This document shows, piece after piece, positions 25,348 to 37,861 of a stretch of DNA of 64,000 nucleotides. The notes under the pieces were generated by a model. The model saw only the letters and a program-made list of their open reading frames with translations. It was not told the DNA's origin and did no database searches. Every line of letters starts with the position of its first letter. Position 1 is the first letter of the stretch. The translations under genes were made by a program, and so were the position numbers. The DNA comes from Squalus acanthias (lineage: Eukaryota): contig JASTWF010000035.1 in NCBI GenBank assembly GCA_030390025.1, positions 2,108,001 to 2,172,000 of the forward strand. The letters run 5' to 3'.

Positions 25348-26193
25348 ATGTCGAGTGAGAATTTTTTTGTAGACTATAAAGCGAAGTTAATGAAGAAGTG
25401 CGATGATGCACAGTTGCAGACGTTGTTAGTAGAATGTCTAACAAAGGGTGTGAGAGTATATTTCGAGGACGTTGTTGCGTTCATTGAAAAGCAAGTTAAT
25501 GAGAAGAGATGGAAGCCGGATAGGGCAGTGCAGCTATTGGCCTATGCCGCAGTATATTGTGTAGAACAAGATAAAGAAACCTTCCTGGAAATGGTAGATG
25601 ATCAGGATAAATTAGAAAAAGACAAACTACGGTTGATACAAGAGAATCTAACGTTAACGGGTGTAAAGTTACGTCTTGTAGAGGAGAATCTAACATTACA
25701 GAGTGAAAACTCAAAATGGGAGAAAGAAGCCATAGAGTTAAAAAACAAGAATGAAATTCTTCAGGGACAGGTCGGTGCTTCGGCAGCAATAATGCAGCAA
25801 CAGAGTATTAACACCATTCACGCCGGTGCTGCAATGCAGAATCTTGAGGAGGCTAAAAGTCAAGTAGCCTTCTTAACAAAAGACAATGACCGTCTGATTA
25901 GCCAATTAAATGATTCACGAGGAGCCCTAAGGGAGGCTCTTCAGCGCCCCCAAAGAGAGACCGACCACCGGCAACGTAACATCACTATACAACAATTAGA
26001 GAAACAGTTGGGTAAACAACGGGCTGTAATAGCGGCAGTCACGGGAGTAGACCCCCCCGCGAGTTATGATAAAGAATGCGAGGAGGGAAGTGGAGAATTA
26101 TATCCTCCTTCACCACCTCCTCCTACAGCAGCCTCCGTAGCCTATGTCAACAGTGACATGGAAAACCCCGCTGGACAGTTCCGCAGACATTGA
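25348..26193 (+). CDS. gag-like N-terminal ORF (coiled coil, Pro-rich LYPPSPPPP), truncated
   Basis: First long ORF after the PBS (281 aa). Heptad-rich. No capsid or zinc knuckle recognised. Confidence 0.6.
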   Translation: MSSENFFVDYKAKLMKKCDDAQLQTLLVECLTKGVRVYFEDVVAFIEKQVNEKRWKPDRAVQLLAYAAVYCVEQDKETFLEMVDDQDKLEKDKLRLIQENLTLTGVKLRLVEENLTLQSENSKWEKEAIELKNKNEILQGQVGASAAIMQQQSINTIHAGAAMQNLEEAKSQVAFLTKDNDRLISQLNDSRGALREALQRPQRETDHRQRNITIQQLEKQLGKQRAVIAAVTGVDPPASYDKECEEGSGELYPPSPPPPTAASVAYVNSDMENPAGQFRRH

Positions 26194-28473
26194 GAAACTA
26201 GTTAGTGTCCGAACTAGAACTCAAGTAACCCCTAAGTTGCTGAGACTCCGATTTAAAAAAAGGAAAAAAAAGAGAGAAACCTAAAATTTTACCGACATGG
26301 AAGTTATTAACGTCTGTGCTGATACAAACAAAACACAAGATTTGCTCAGTGAAAGGAAATGTAAAAAAAAAAAAATTCTGGAGTTTCAGTTTGTATGAAA
26401 ATGTGTGTTAAAGTGTGAAAGTTTTCCTGACTGAATGTTTAAGATGTTACAGTCTTTCTTTTGTCTGAAAGTCTGATTTAAAAGAAAGATTCTATTATGT
26501 GTGTTTTAGCTCCACCCACTTCTCTGTGTTAAAAGCGTTTAACCCTTTTGTCTTGTCTTGGATTTTGGAAGTTTTAAGAATGTGCGAATAAGACTGTGCC
26601 CCAAGAATTGGAAATAAAAAACTTTGAACTACAATTTAAGTTAAGCTGGTGTGTAAAAACTGAGAACAACAAAAAGTTTGTTGAACAAAAGATTAAGTTT
26701 CGGTCTAAGATTTAACCTTGGAGTCGCGGTTGCTATGGTGAAATTTTCCAAAGCAGTTTGATTTGATTTGTTTAAATGTGAAAAACTAATTTTTCTCCAG
26801 TTATATTCAATGTTTTTACAGTATTTTGGAAAGACATCTGAAGAAAGGACAATAAGAAATATGACGTAATTTACTGTTTTCTGCGAGCATGTGCTGTTTT
26901 GTTTTGTTTTATCTGTTCGTGTTTAGTTAAAGTGTGAAAACACAACTGTTTTTCGATCGGGAAAGTTTTTCAAATTTACGTGAAGTGACGCAATTGCGTG
27001 CGCCTGACAATGTTTCGCTCCACCTTCTTAAAAACCTGCAAAGGAGTTAACCCTTTCTACTGACAGCTGTTTAAGTTCACCGAGCAGCAACTTTAGTATG
27101 ACATTTAAAGATATTGGACATTATTAAATTTAAGTTTCTTAATTTTAAGTTAATATTTCCCCAGAGTGACAGAAGGAAAATTATGATTTGATAAATTAAC
27201 CCCTTGGGCTCTAAGCAGAGTCACAATGGAGTCTCTTCTTTCTTTTGTTATATGGAAGTTACCTTGTAAACTAATTGCAGCACTTCTGTCTCTAATGTTA
27301 AAACACTGTGTAAGCCACCTAGCCTGGAAATCACTTGTTTCTGAAATTGGAATTGATGAACCAAATTGATAGAAATGAAATTGAACATTGACAAAACCTG
27401 TCAGTTCAACAGTTCTGCTGTTTGGATTTTAGGATAATTTTGAAATGACAAAATGGACTCAGGCACTATATATATTGGGTTACTTTTGGGAAAATAAAAG
27501 ATCCTCTAAAATAATGATGTATAAAAAGTGATAATAACTTGGACCAAGTGAGAACGTTTGATCTATGTTTTCTATCTTAAATATTGTACTGGACAGTAAA
27601 GTTTCTCCAGGACTCATGAATGAGATATGAATGGTAAATAAAGGAAAGTGATTGAGGGTGTAAGATTGAAACAGGAGAATTACACTACTGAATGGGAATT
27701 TTCAAAACTTTCTAGTGAAAGTCAGGAAAGTGTAGTTAAGAATAGTAAATTGATAGCTTTCTCTTGGAGACATTTGTGTCCCTGCCTTTAATGAACTTTT
27801 AAGAAAACTGAATTTGATAGCCCGGCCACTACCCAAGACATCGGGACCATGCAGAGGAAGATGAGCAAAGATCTCCAGACGACTACAATCTTTTGATAAG
27901 ATACCTGAAGGCCCGAGAAAGGCTTGTATCAGATGGCACGTGTGGCATGATATTGAGATACCAGTATGAGTGTGCAAATGTGATTTGTTACGTATGAGGC
28001 AATTACCATTCGGAAATGCATGGTGAATCTGCACTGAAGAACTGGTCTCAGACATGTTCAGTTACTTGACAACAGCAAGACATGAAATAGTTAATGTGGC
28101 TCAGGAGAGTGAGTAAACTTTAAAAGCATTGACACATACTCCATCGAGAAACTATCTCATTAATGAAACAATCAGAATAGAGTTAAACACACTGGTACCT
28201 GTTAGAGGGATTGAAATTGAAGTTGAAGTGGAGAGTTACCTGGAATTTGGATTGGGACAATTGAGGCTAATGAGAAATCATATTAGTAAGAATTATCCAC
28301 AAGATGGATACGAGTAAAAGAGAGATCTGGAGAATCTTTTAAGTCCATGATTTGTTGATTAGATGTTAAACTGTAATGTCGCTTGAAATGATTGTAAGAC
28401 TGAATTTAACTGTGACAGTAATAATTGTGTTTTGTAGGTAACAGAGCGTGGGAAAAACCAGAACGAATCCAGT

Positions 28474-28860
28474 ATGAGGTGGTTTTGGTGGTGCCTCCTG
28501 TGTCACCACTACCGCAACTACCATGGTTTACGGGTCTAACAGGACCTGTCACATCAACCAACACGTTTTAAGTATGAGCTGCACAATTATGTGGCACAAT
28601 TCGGATACGACATCCCCTGTTGTGTGAGGGTTTCAGTGAGCTCATGATGCGACTGAACTCCTCCCTTTTATGTTTTGGAGCAAGACAACTCGAGAATGGA
28701 TATTGAAATTGACAGCATAAGGGACAACTCACACTGGTGGGATATTGGGCTCAATACATCAGCACGCCCTTAGGTTTGTATTATTTCACACGCTCTGGTA
28801 GTTCTCCAACTTGTAATGATAGTGTATTTGATATATGTAACACATGTAGTAAGACTTTGA
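28474..28860 (+). pseudogene. small env-like membrane protein remnant
   Basis: MRWFWWCLLC signal-like start; ...LEQDNSRMDIEIDSIRDNSHWWDIGLNTSARP*VCIISHALVVLQLVMIVYLIYV. Contains frameshifts and a stop. Acceptor-like ttttgtag lies just upstream. Confidence 0.5.
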
Positions 28861-29193
28861 ACTATGTAAGATCAGAAGTTTGATTAAGATCTACCCAATT
28901 AAACACAAATGCCACAAGGTAGGGAGTCAAAAATTGTTAGGACTAATAATACAGCATAGGGACAAACATGGAAATTCCTCCTTGGATTAGGATAATTTCC
29001 CATGTACTGGTCATCACCCAACTTGTAGCACTGATATGCTTACCTAAAACACCTAATGCACGAAACCCGATCGTGTTTAAATGTGATTACAGCCCAGAAC
29101 ATGTTAGAGTTACATAAACGGAAGAAAAATAATCCATATGTAAGATTTTAGTTTTGAGGGGTCGGCAAATGCCTCGCCCTCAAGGTAGGGATC

Positions 29194-30035
29194 TGTAGGA
29201 TAGGGTGCACCTGTAGGATTTAGTAAACATTGTTAAGATTCTATAACCATTATTATATAACTATAATATGTGAAATTGTATGTTAAAAGCCTAAAAGCCT
29301 GTATAAAATGGCGAATGGCTGAGAGCAAAGCAGGATGGGATATTATGCCAACCTGACTAAAAACCTCTGTTTAAAATTACTGAAGTAACGGAATGTTGTG
29401 CTAAGTTTCTGGAGACGAGGAATTCAGCAATATTATGCTTAAAGAGATAAAAACTAGAGAGAGAGATAGGAGTTGGAGACATCCTTCATTGGTACAGCTA
29501 TAGGATGGGCAGACTGTTTAGAAAACATTCCAGGAAATGTTCTGTGAAAAGTGAACATCTGAGATAAGGGTACTTTGTTATGCATAGAGAAAATCCTAGT
29601 GGGATCAACAAGGTCATAAGATGGCTAACGAGGGAAGCAAGACTTTTACCAGGGGTCAGAGGGTTAATTACTGCCACGTAGGCAAAATGAGAGGAAAAAG
29701 GGTATAAAGATACAGGTTTTGAACATCGAAAGCAGCGCACCGTGTAACCAGAGATTGATAGGAGCTTCAGTCAACAGAACACAGCAAGATCCCAAGGAAG
29801 CGAGCTTCGGTCAACAGAACACAGCAAGATACATCAGGAGACTTGCGCCACAGTCAATCGGAAGGAACGCCAGGGTTCGATGAACAGACTGTGACTATCT
29901 TCTTGTTAAGTATTACTTCTTTGTACTGGATGTTTAATGCTTAATAAACCTGTTTTACTGATACACAATATACCTGTACCCAGAGTGGTTTGTGGAGTCA
30001 CGGACAAATTATTATAAGAGCTTTTGAAAGCTACA
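29194..30035 (+). repeat. 3' LTR (842 bp)
   Basis: Direct repeat of the 5' LTR. AATAAA at 29943. Preceded by purine-rich aaggtaggga. Confidence 0.95.
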
Positions 30036-30500
30036 GTCTGTCAGTGTGCGTGTCAGTGTCTGTCAGTGTGAGTGTCAGTGTCTGTCAGTGTGAGTGTCGG
30101 CGTCTGTGTCTGTCATCATCAGAGTCTATCAGTGACACTCAGGGCTAAAAATTCATTATAGCCCAGGAATGGGTGGTGTCATGAGAAAAGTTGGAGAATT
30201 AGCGCCAGGCGCTAATGCTTTAGACTGCACGCAAAATTCATGCTCACTGCTCAAAAAAATGATTGGAGTCCTAATTCAAGTCTTAAATCCCAAGCTCATT
30301 GGCGTTACACTCAGACGGTGGCCCAGTATCAGGTGCAGTCTAATCACAAGTCATCATTGTCACAGCCTTTTTTCACTACTTAAAGGGGAGGTTCATTGAT
30401 GCTGCAGAACCTCTTTCTCAGCATTGCTGGCCGTACAGCTGTCTCAGCAAGCAGAAGCAGGACAAGGAGAAGGAGCCAGAGAAATGAAGCAGCTGTACTC

Positions 30501-32250
30501 ATGGCAGATCCATGCCCCAGGGAGAGAGCCTGCAGATTCTGCGATCAAGCATTGAAGGCGATGGTGTTCGCTGTGGAGAGATGGAGGGAGGTGCTCTACC
30601 TGGCAAGTGGAAGAAGGCCCTCGCCTCAAATCTTCCGCACCATGTGGAGGGAGGTAGTGCAGCACATCTCGGGCAGCACTGTGGTCCCCATGACCCACAC
30701 ACAGTGCAGGAAGAAATTTAATGACCTCACTCGTGTGGTCAGGGTGAGTGAATGCTTCAAGAAATGCTACATACCACCATCTGAACCTCAGTCTGGACAC
30801 ACTGCCCACACCCCCAACAATCACCCATCAACAATCTGTACCTACCAACACTTAAACCCACATCTCACATCTTGCACATAATGGCAGCTATTCAACTATG
30901 GAAGGCACATCAACCAAACAAATTGCTCCACACTCACTCACACACTTTCCTTTCTCTTGCAGGCCAAGGTGGCTCACAACAGGAGGGAGCAGGAGCGCAC
31001 AGGTGGGGAACAAGCCAATACCCAACCACTGTCTGCGCTGGAGAATAGAGTGTTGCAGATTATTGGGCACCAGATGCTGGGCGCCGTGGCCACCGGCAAC
31101 GTTGACCCCCTTGGGGACAACAACGGTATGTTCATCCCTATTCCTCCTTCTCGCATCCCACTTCCCTCTCACCTGACAACTTTCCAGCTAATCATACTGT
31201 ATGCATGCATTTCTCCCTTCCTGCCCCCTCCCCTCACCTTAACCCGACTCTTGTGCCTTTATGCTTTCAGATAATGAGCAAGCACCAGAGCAGCCTGTCC
31301 CTGAGGGCACCGTTGAGAACGAGGCGGGATAAGAGGAGGAAGAACACACTGCATGTCACACCCGCAGGCACCAGCTCAGATACTGGCACTCCGCGTTCTT
31401 TAGAGGCTTGTATAGTAGCGGGACCTGCACAGGGTGATGCACCAGGGACGAGCGGGCTGCAGCAAGGCCAGGGGGAAAGGGTAGCTCTGGAGTCAGCTTC
31501 CCAGAGGGCGAGTTCTGCTGCACAGGACTCAGATTAGGACCTCGATGGGGAGGCGTTTAGAAGAAGGGTGATGGGCATGTACACGGAGATGATAGGTGCA
31601 ATGCCAAGGGTGCCCGAGAGCCTCAGGGAAATGATAAGGAGCGCGGAGGAGTCCGCCTCCAACATTGCACAAGGCTCTGAGTACACCATGGAGCCCATCA
31701 TTTCCAGTCTGCAAAGGATGGTGGACTCTCAGAGATACTGTGGCGACCCAGACCTGATGCCACCGTGATGGGCGACCTGGTAACTTCCATTGCAGCACAG
31801 GCGGAAGCGACGCAACGTCTTAGTGCTGTAATGCAGTCTATGCTTGGTGGCATCCAATCTCAGACTGCTCACATGCAGTCTCAGCTTGATGCCATGCAAG
31901 CTCTGACTGCTGCCAGCCTGGCTGGGTCTACCACCGTCGACCGGGGCTTTCACGGTGTCGCAGCAGGCCAGCAATCTGTGCTCCAAGAGATTGCTAGGGA
32001 TGCTGAGGTGCTGCCCCGGGGGAGTGGCAGTGGGTCACTGGAGCAGGAATCTGCTGTCCTCTCAGGATGACAGCATTCCTGCTCCCATCACTGCCACTCC
32101 GCCATTGCCCTTGTCGCTGCCTGTCATCCAGCCAACCCAGACTGCTGACGCCCATACTGAGGTGGTGCAGTATACAGCTGGGCCTTCCAGGCCCAGAGCT
32201 GGTCGAGGGCATCCTGGAAGGCCATCTGAAGTTTCCGAGCAGCCAGCCGC
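30501..32250 (+). pseudogene. Harbinger Myb/SANT-like DNA-binding gene (exons 30501-30743, 30963-31125, 31271-...)
   Basis: RACRF...MWREV...QCRKKFNDL; GT-AG introns; exon 2 AKVAHNRREQERTGG; stops in exon 3. Confidence 0.82.
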
Positions 32251-32284
32251 GAGCTTGACATGGTGGCTGGAACACTGGTCTGGT

Positions 32285-32961
32285 GCAGGATAAAAGCATC
32301 GTGGCTGCTGCCAGGATAGCGGGCACTGACATTGAGGATTCGCTGTCTGTGGTCGCACACCAACGGCACATTAAGTGAATGGTAGCCTTTGCGGTTACGG
32401 AAGATGTCAGGGTTGTTATGCGGTGCCCGCAAAGCCACGTGGGTGCAGTCAATGACACCCTGCACCATGGGGAAGCCCGCTACCCTGGTAAAGCCACATG
32501 GACGCTCGTCCTGCTTCACTCTGGTGATGGGGAAGGCAATGTAGTCCCTTCTCCTCCTGTAGAGAGCCCCTGTGACCTCCCGGATGCAGCGGTGGACGGC
32601 TAACTGCGAGATGTTAGCTATGTCTCCTGTGGCAGACTGGAAGGATCCGCTGGCAAAGAAATTGAGGGCGACGGTGACCTTGACTGCCACTGAGAGAGCC
32701 GTCCTCGTCCTCATCCTGATCTGAGGCTCGCGGTCTGGTCTGGCAGAGATCTGTGACCACCTCCTTGGTGAAGTGGAGTCTTCTAATACACTGTTCCTCG
32801 ATTAATTGGAGGTAGGAGAAGTGCTCTCAAAATACTCTCCTATTGAGAGCCCTGATGGCCCTCCTCCTTCCTCTGGTCACATGTTTGATTCTTTCTCGCT
32901 GTCTCCGCTCCCTCCGACGTAGATCCTCGAGGGCGAGTTCGACTGCCAGTACAGCCCCCAT
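32285..32961 (-). pseudogene. Harbinger DDE transposase (HARBI1-like), 3'-truncated
   Basis: ALNFFASGSFQ...GVIDCTHV...NRKGYHSLNV...YPGSSHDAFI. Confidence 0.9.
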
Positions 32962-33889
32962 AAGTATAGCAGTTTGATTCTTTGAAGAATTAATGTAGCT
33001 ACTTTTTAGTTGCCACAACACTCCAGAGACTAAACAACCTTTAAATTACTGAATGAAACTGTTGGAGAAAGTGAAACTGACAAGAAACCACTGAAACTAC
33101 ACTAACCTGACAGCTCCCAGTCATTACAGCTAATCCCTTTAAATAACGTCCCTGGAGCTGGCTTCCTGCTGCTTCACGCCAGCTCTCCCTGTCGCTGTTT
33201 ACTCCAGGTGCTAAGGTAGGTGGCGAAAATCAATTTCACAGATCGGGCAGTCAGTGAGCATTGCACACTCACTGACATCACGATCCACCTGGCGTTGACG
33301 CTCCTGGCAATAACTGTTACCGGCAGCGCTACGGGGGCACGGGATTTGGCGTGAGGTGCTAGATTCGCCTTGCCCCGATGATAATGTTCTAGCGCCCCAT
33401 TAGTGCTATCTGCTGGCGCTAACAGGAGGCTCAAAGGGGACGAATTTGTCCCCCTCAGTGTTTGTGCCCTTTGTCATTTTAAAATTAGGATTAAGCTGCA
33501 TTTTTGTCACTCCAGAGGAAAGAATAGAAAGTGGCATTGTAAAGCACACAACCGCTCAACATATCATCATCAGTGTGTTCAGGAGGGAAAGTATATTGAG
33601 CAAAGCCTTAACACCGGGGCAAACAGAGAAGTAAAATATAGGACAGCAAACTGCTGTAAAATTTAATTTGTGCATGCTGACTCCGCTCGTATCAAAGGAA
33701 AAATACAACTCCAGTTTTTTTTTATTGTCTTCCCATCGTTCCTGAAGGCTGTCAGTCAAGAGGGGAATTTTTCAACCAGCCACCAGCACCTGGCAAGCAT
33801 CTCATCTCACGTGAATGTCAGCAGGCTGATCAATAAGGGGGAGCATAATAATTGCACCCAACCTTTTCTTCACCATGTCTTCATACAGA

Positions 33890-34062
33890 GCAGGAGGAGG
33901 CTGTTCAGCCCCTCGAGCCTGTTACACAGGAACAGGAGGAGGCCGTTCAGCCCCTCGAGCCTGTTACACAGGAACAGGAGGAGGCCGTTCAGCCCCTCGA
34001 GCCTGTTACACAGGAACAGGAGGAGGCCATTCAGCCCCTTGAGCATGTTACACAGGAACAGG
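33890..34062. repeat. four 42-bp tandem units derived from an inverted CR1 3' tail
   Basis: ACACAGGAACAGGAGGAGGCCGTTCAGCCCCTCGAGCCTGTT x4; similar units at 37795-37865. Confidence 0.85.
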
Positions 34063-34105
34063 ATTCATACCTACGATGGACGGGCCACATCGTCTGCATG
34101 TCCGA

Positions 34106-36361
34106 GGTATGTGAAAAGGAAAAGACTGGTGAAGGTAAATGTCGGTCCTTTACAGTCAGAGACGGGAGAATTTATAATGGGGAATGAGGAAATGGCGGGG
34201 AAATTAAATAAATACTTTGTTTCTGTCTTCACGGAGGAAGACACAAAAAACCTCCCAGAAATACGAGAAAACCAAGGCTGTGGCGAGAATGAGGAACTTA
34301 AAGAAATTATTATTAGTAAAAAAACAGTACTAGCAAAATTAATGGGACTAAAAGTCGATAAATCCCAAGGACCGGATGACCTACATCCTAGGGTTTTGAA
34401 AGAGGTGGCCATTGGGATAGTGGGCGCATTGGTTGCCATCTTCCAAAATTCTATAGATTCTGGAACAGTTCCTGCAGATTAGAGGACAGCAAATGTAACC
34501 CCGCTATTTAAGAAAGGAGGGAGAGAGAAAACGGGGAACTACAGACCTGTTAGCCTCACATCAGTAGTTGGGAAAATGCTGGAATCTATTACAAAGGATG
34601 CAATATTTGGGGAATTAGAAACTAATAGTAAGATTGGGCAGAGTCAACATGGATTTATGAAAGGGAAATCCTGTTTGACAAACCTATTGGAGTTCTTTGA
34701 GGATGTAACTAGTGGAGTAGACAAAGGGGAACCGGTAGATGTGGTATATTTGGATTTTCAGAAGGCCTTCGATAAGGTCCCACACAAGAGGTTGGTAAAC
34801 AAAATTAGGGCACATGGAATTGGGGGTAATATACTAGCATGTATTGAGAATTGGTTAACAGACAGAAAACAAAGAGTAGTGATAAACGGGTCTTTTTCAG
34901 GATGGCAGGCTGTGACTAGTGGGGTACCGCAAGGATCGATGCTTGGGCCCCAGCTATTCACAATCTATATCAATGATTTGGATGAGGGGACTAAATGTAA
35001 CATTTCCAAATTTGCTGATGATACAAAGCTAGGTGGCAGTGTCAGTTGTGAAGAGGATGTGAAGAGGCTTCAAGGGGATCTCGACAGGCTCAGTGAGTGG
35101 GCGAGAACATGGCAGATGGAATATAATGTGGATAAATGTGAAGTTATCCACTTTGGTAGAAAAAACAGAAAGGCAGAGTATTTCCTAAATGCTGAAAGAT
35201 TGGGGAATGCAGATGCTCAAAGCGACCTGGGTGTCCTTGTACCTAGAAACTAGGAGCAGGAGTAGGCCATTCGAGCCTGTTCCACCATTCAATACGATCA
35301 TGGCTGATCATCCAAATCCAGTACCCTGTCCCTGCTTTCCTCACACAGAATCCCCATCGAGCCTGCACCGACACATATCCCACCCTATCCCCGTAACCCC
35401 ACGTATTTAATTCCCCCTAACATATCCCATCCTATCCCTATAACCCCAAATATTTAATCCCCCCCTAACACTAAGGGTCAATTTATCATAGCCAAATCAA
35501 CCTAACCCGCACATTTTTGGACTGTGGGAGGAAACCGGAGCACCCGGAGGAAACCCACGCAGACACGGGGAGAATGTGCAAACTCCACACAGACAGTCAC
35601 CCGAGGCCAGATTCGAACACGGGTCCCTGGCGCTGTGAGGCACCAATGCTAACCACTATGCCACCGTGTTGTACATGAGTCACTGAAAGTGAATGTGCAG
35701 GTGCAGCAAGCCATTAGGAAGGCAAATGGTATGCTGGCCTTCATTACAAGAAGATTTGAGTACAGGAGTAAAGAAGTCTTACTCCAATTATATAGGGCCT
35801 TGGTGAGACCACACCTCGAGTACTGTGTACAATTTTGGTCTCCTTACCTAAGGAAGGATATACTTGCCATAGAGGGAGTGCAACAAAGGTTCACGAGATT
35901 GATTCCTGGGATGGCGGGACTGTCGTATGAGAAGAGATTGAATAAACTAGGCCTGTATTCTCTTGAATTCAGAAGAATGAGGGGATCTCATTGAAGCATA
36001 CAAAAATTATTACAAGGCTTGATAGGGTGGATGCTGGGAGAATGTTTCTCTTGGCAGGGGAGTCTAGAACCAGGGGCCACAGCCTCAGGATAAAGGGTAG
36101 GCCATTCAGGACTGAGATGAGAAGAAATTTCTTCACACAGAGGGTGGTGAATCTTTGGAATTCTCTACCCCAGAAGGCTGTGGAGGCTCAGTCATTGGGT
36201 ATATTCAAAACAGACGTCGATAGATTTCTGACTAGTAAGGGCATCAAGGGATATGGCGATAGGGCCGGTGAATGGAATTGAGGCAGAAGATCAGCCATGA
36301 TCTCATGGAATGGCGGAGCAGGCTCGAAGGGCCGACTGGCCTACTCCTGCTGCTATTTCTT
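34106..36361 (+). mobile_element. 5'-truncated CR1 carrying a SINE
   Basis: RT motifs; flanked by ATGTCCGA / ATGCCCGA TSD. Confidence 0.92.
35243..35671 (-). mobile_element. HE1/V-SINE-type SINE
   Basis: Reverse complement of the 17080-17520 SINE; flanked by ttgtac. Confidence 0.9.
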
Positions 36362-36780
36362 ATGCCCGATACGAGACTCCCAAAGCAAGCGCTCTACTCA
36401 GAGCTCCGACACAGCAAGAGAGCCCCAGGTGGGCAGAGGAAACGCTTCAAGGCCACCCTCAAAGCCTCCTTGAAAAAGTGCAACACCCTCACCTCCACCT
36501 GGGAATCCCTGGCCCAAGACCGCACAAAGTGGAGGAGAAGCATCCGGGAAGGCGCCGAACACCTCGAGTCTCGTTGCCGGGAGCAAGTGGAAGCCAAGCG
36601 CAAACAGCGGAAGGAGCGCACATCAACCCAAGCACCGCACCCACCCGCCCCTTCAACCACCGTCTGCCCCACCTGTGACAGAGACTGTAGGTCCCGCATT
36701 GGACTCATCAGTCACCTGAGAACTCATTTTTAGTGTGGAAGCAAGTCATCCTCGGTTCCGAGGGACTGCCTAAGAAGAAG

Positions 36781-37792
36781 TCATACCTAGCACAAGAAAG
36801 ATGGTTGTGGTTGTTGGAGGCCCATCATTCTCAACCCCAGGCCATCGCTGCAGGAGTTCCTCAGGGCAGTTTCCTAGGTCCAACCATCTTCATCATAAGG
36901 CCAGATGTGAGGATGTTCGCTGATGATTGTACAGTGTTCAGTTCCATTTGCAACTCCTCAGATGCAGCAAGACCTGGACAACATTCAGGCTTGGGCTGAT
37001 AAGTGGCCACATTCATGCCACACAAGTGCCAGGCAATGACCATCTCCAACAAGAAAGAGTCTAACCACCTCCCCATGACATTCAATGGCATTACCATTGC
37101 CGAATCCCCCACCATCAATATCCTGGGGGGTCACTATTGACCAGAAACTTAACTGGACCAGCCACATAAATACGGTGGCTACAAGAGCAGGTCAGAGGCT
37201 GGATATTCTGCGGCGTGTGTCTCACCTCCTGACTCCCCAAAGCCTTTCCACCATCTACAGGGCACAAGTAAGGAGTGTGATGAAATACTCTCAACTTGCC
37301 TGGATGAGTTGCAGCTCCAACAACACTCAAGAAGCTCGACACCATCCAAGACAAAGCCGCCCGCTTGATTGGCACCCCATCGACCACCTTAAGCATTCAC
37401 TCCCTCCACCACCGGCGCACCGTGGCTGCAGTGTGTACCATCTACAAGATGCACTGCAGCAACTCGCCAAAGCTTCTTCGACAGCACCTCCCAAACCCGC
37501 GACCTCTTCCACTTTTAGGACAAGTGTAGCAGGTGCATGGGAACACCACCACCTGCAAGTTCCCCTCCAAGTCACACACCATCCTGACTTGGAAATATAT
37601 CGCCGATCCTTCATAGTCGCTGGGTCAAAATCCTGGAACTCCCTCCCTAACACTGTGGGAGTACATTCACCACATGGACTGCAGTGGTTCAAGAAGGCGG
37701 CTCACCACCACCTTCTAAAGGGCAATTAGTGATGGGCAATAAATGCTGGCCTTGCCAGCGATGCCCACATCACAGGAACGAATAAACAAAAA
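36781..37792 (+). mobile_element. 3' part of poly(A)-tailed CR1-group LINE
   Basis: GVPQGS, MFADD, YRAQVRSVMKY; ends aataaacaaaaaa. Confidence 0.85.
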
Positions 37793-37861
37793 AGGAGGCC
37801 ATTCAGCCCCTCAAGCCTGTTGCACAGGAACAGGAGAAGGCCATTCATTCCCTCGAGCCTG

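Larger units (their letters stand above)
20795..30035 (+). mobile_element. non-autonomous LTR retroelement / endogenous retrovirus-like provirus
   Basis: TGTA...TACA LTRs (5' LTR 20795-25186 with two insertions; 3' LTR 29194-30035), GTCT target-site duplication (20791-20794, 30036-30039), PBS, gag-like ORF. No recognisable pol. Confidence 0.93.
30142..33454. mobile_element. PIF/Harbinger DNA transposon, internally deleted and decayed
   Basis: Imperfect TIRs GGGCTAAAAATTC / GAATTTGTCCCCC, TCA TSD, convergent Myb-like and transposase genes. Confidence 0.9.
34063..36780 (+). mobile_element. RTE-clade LINE 3' fragment split by a CR1 insertion
   Basis: LRWTGHIVCM|PDTRLPKQALYSEL...GGQRKRFK...CPTC..CRSRIGLISHLRTH; (AAG)n tail. 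Confidence 0.85.

Noticed and set aside
33670..34482. 270-aa ORF
   Set aside because: Chance fusion of unique DNA, tandem repeat, RTE and CR1 pieces.
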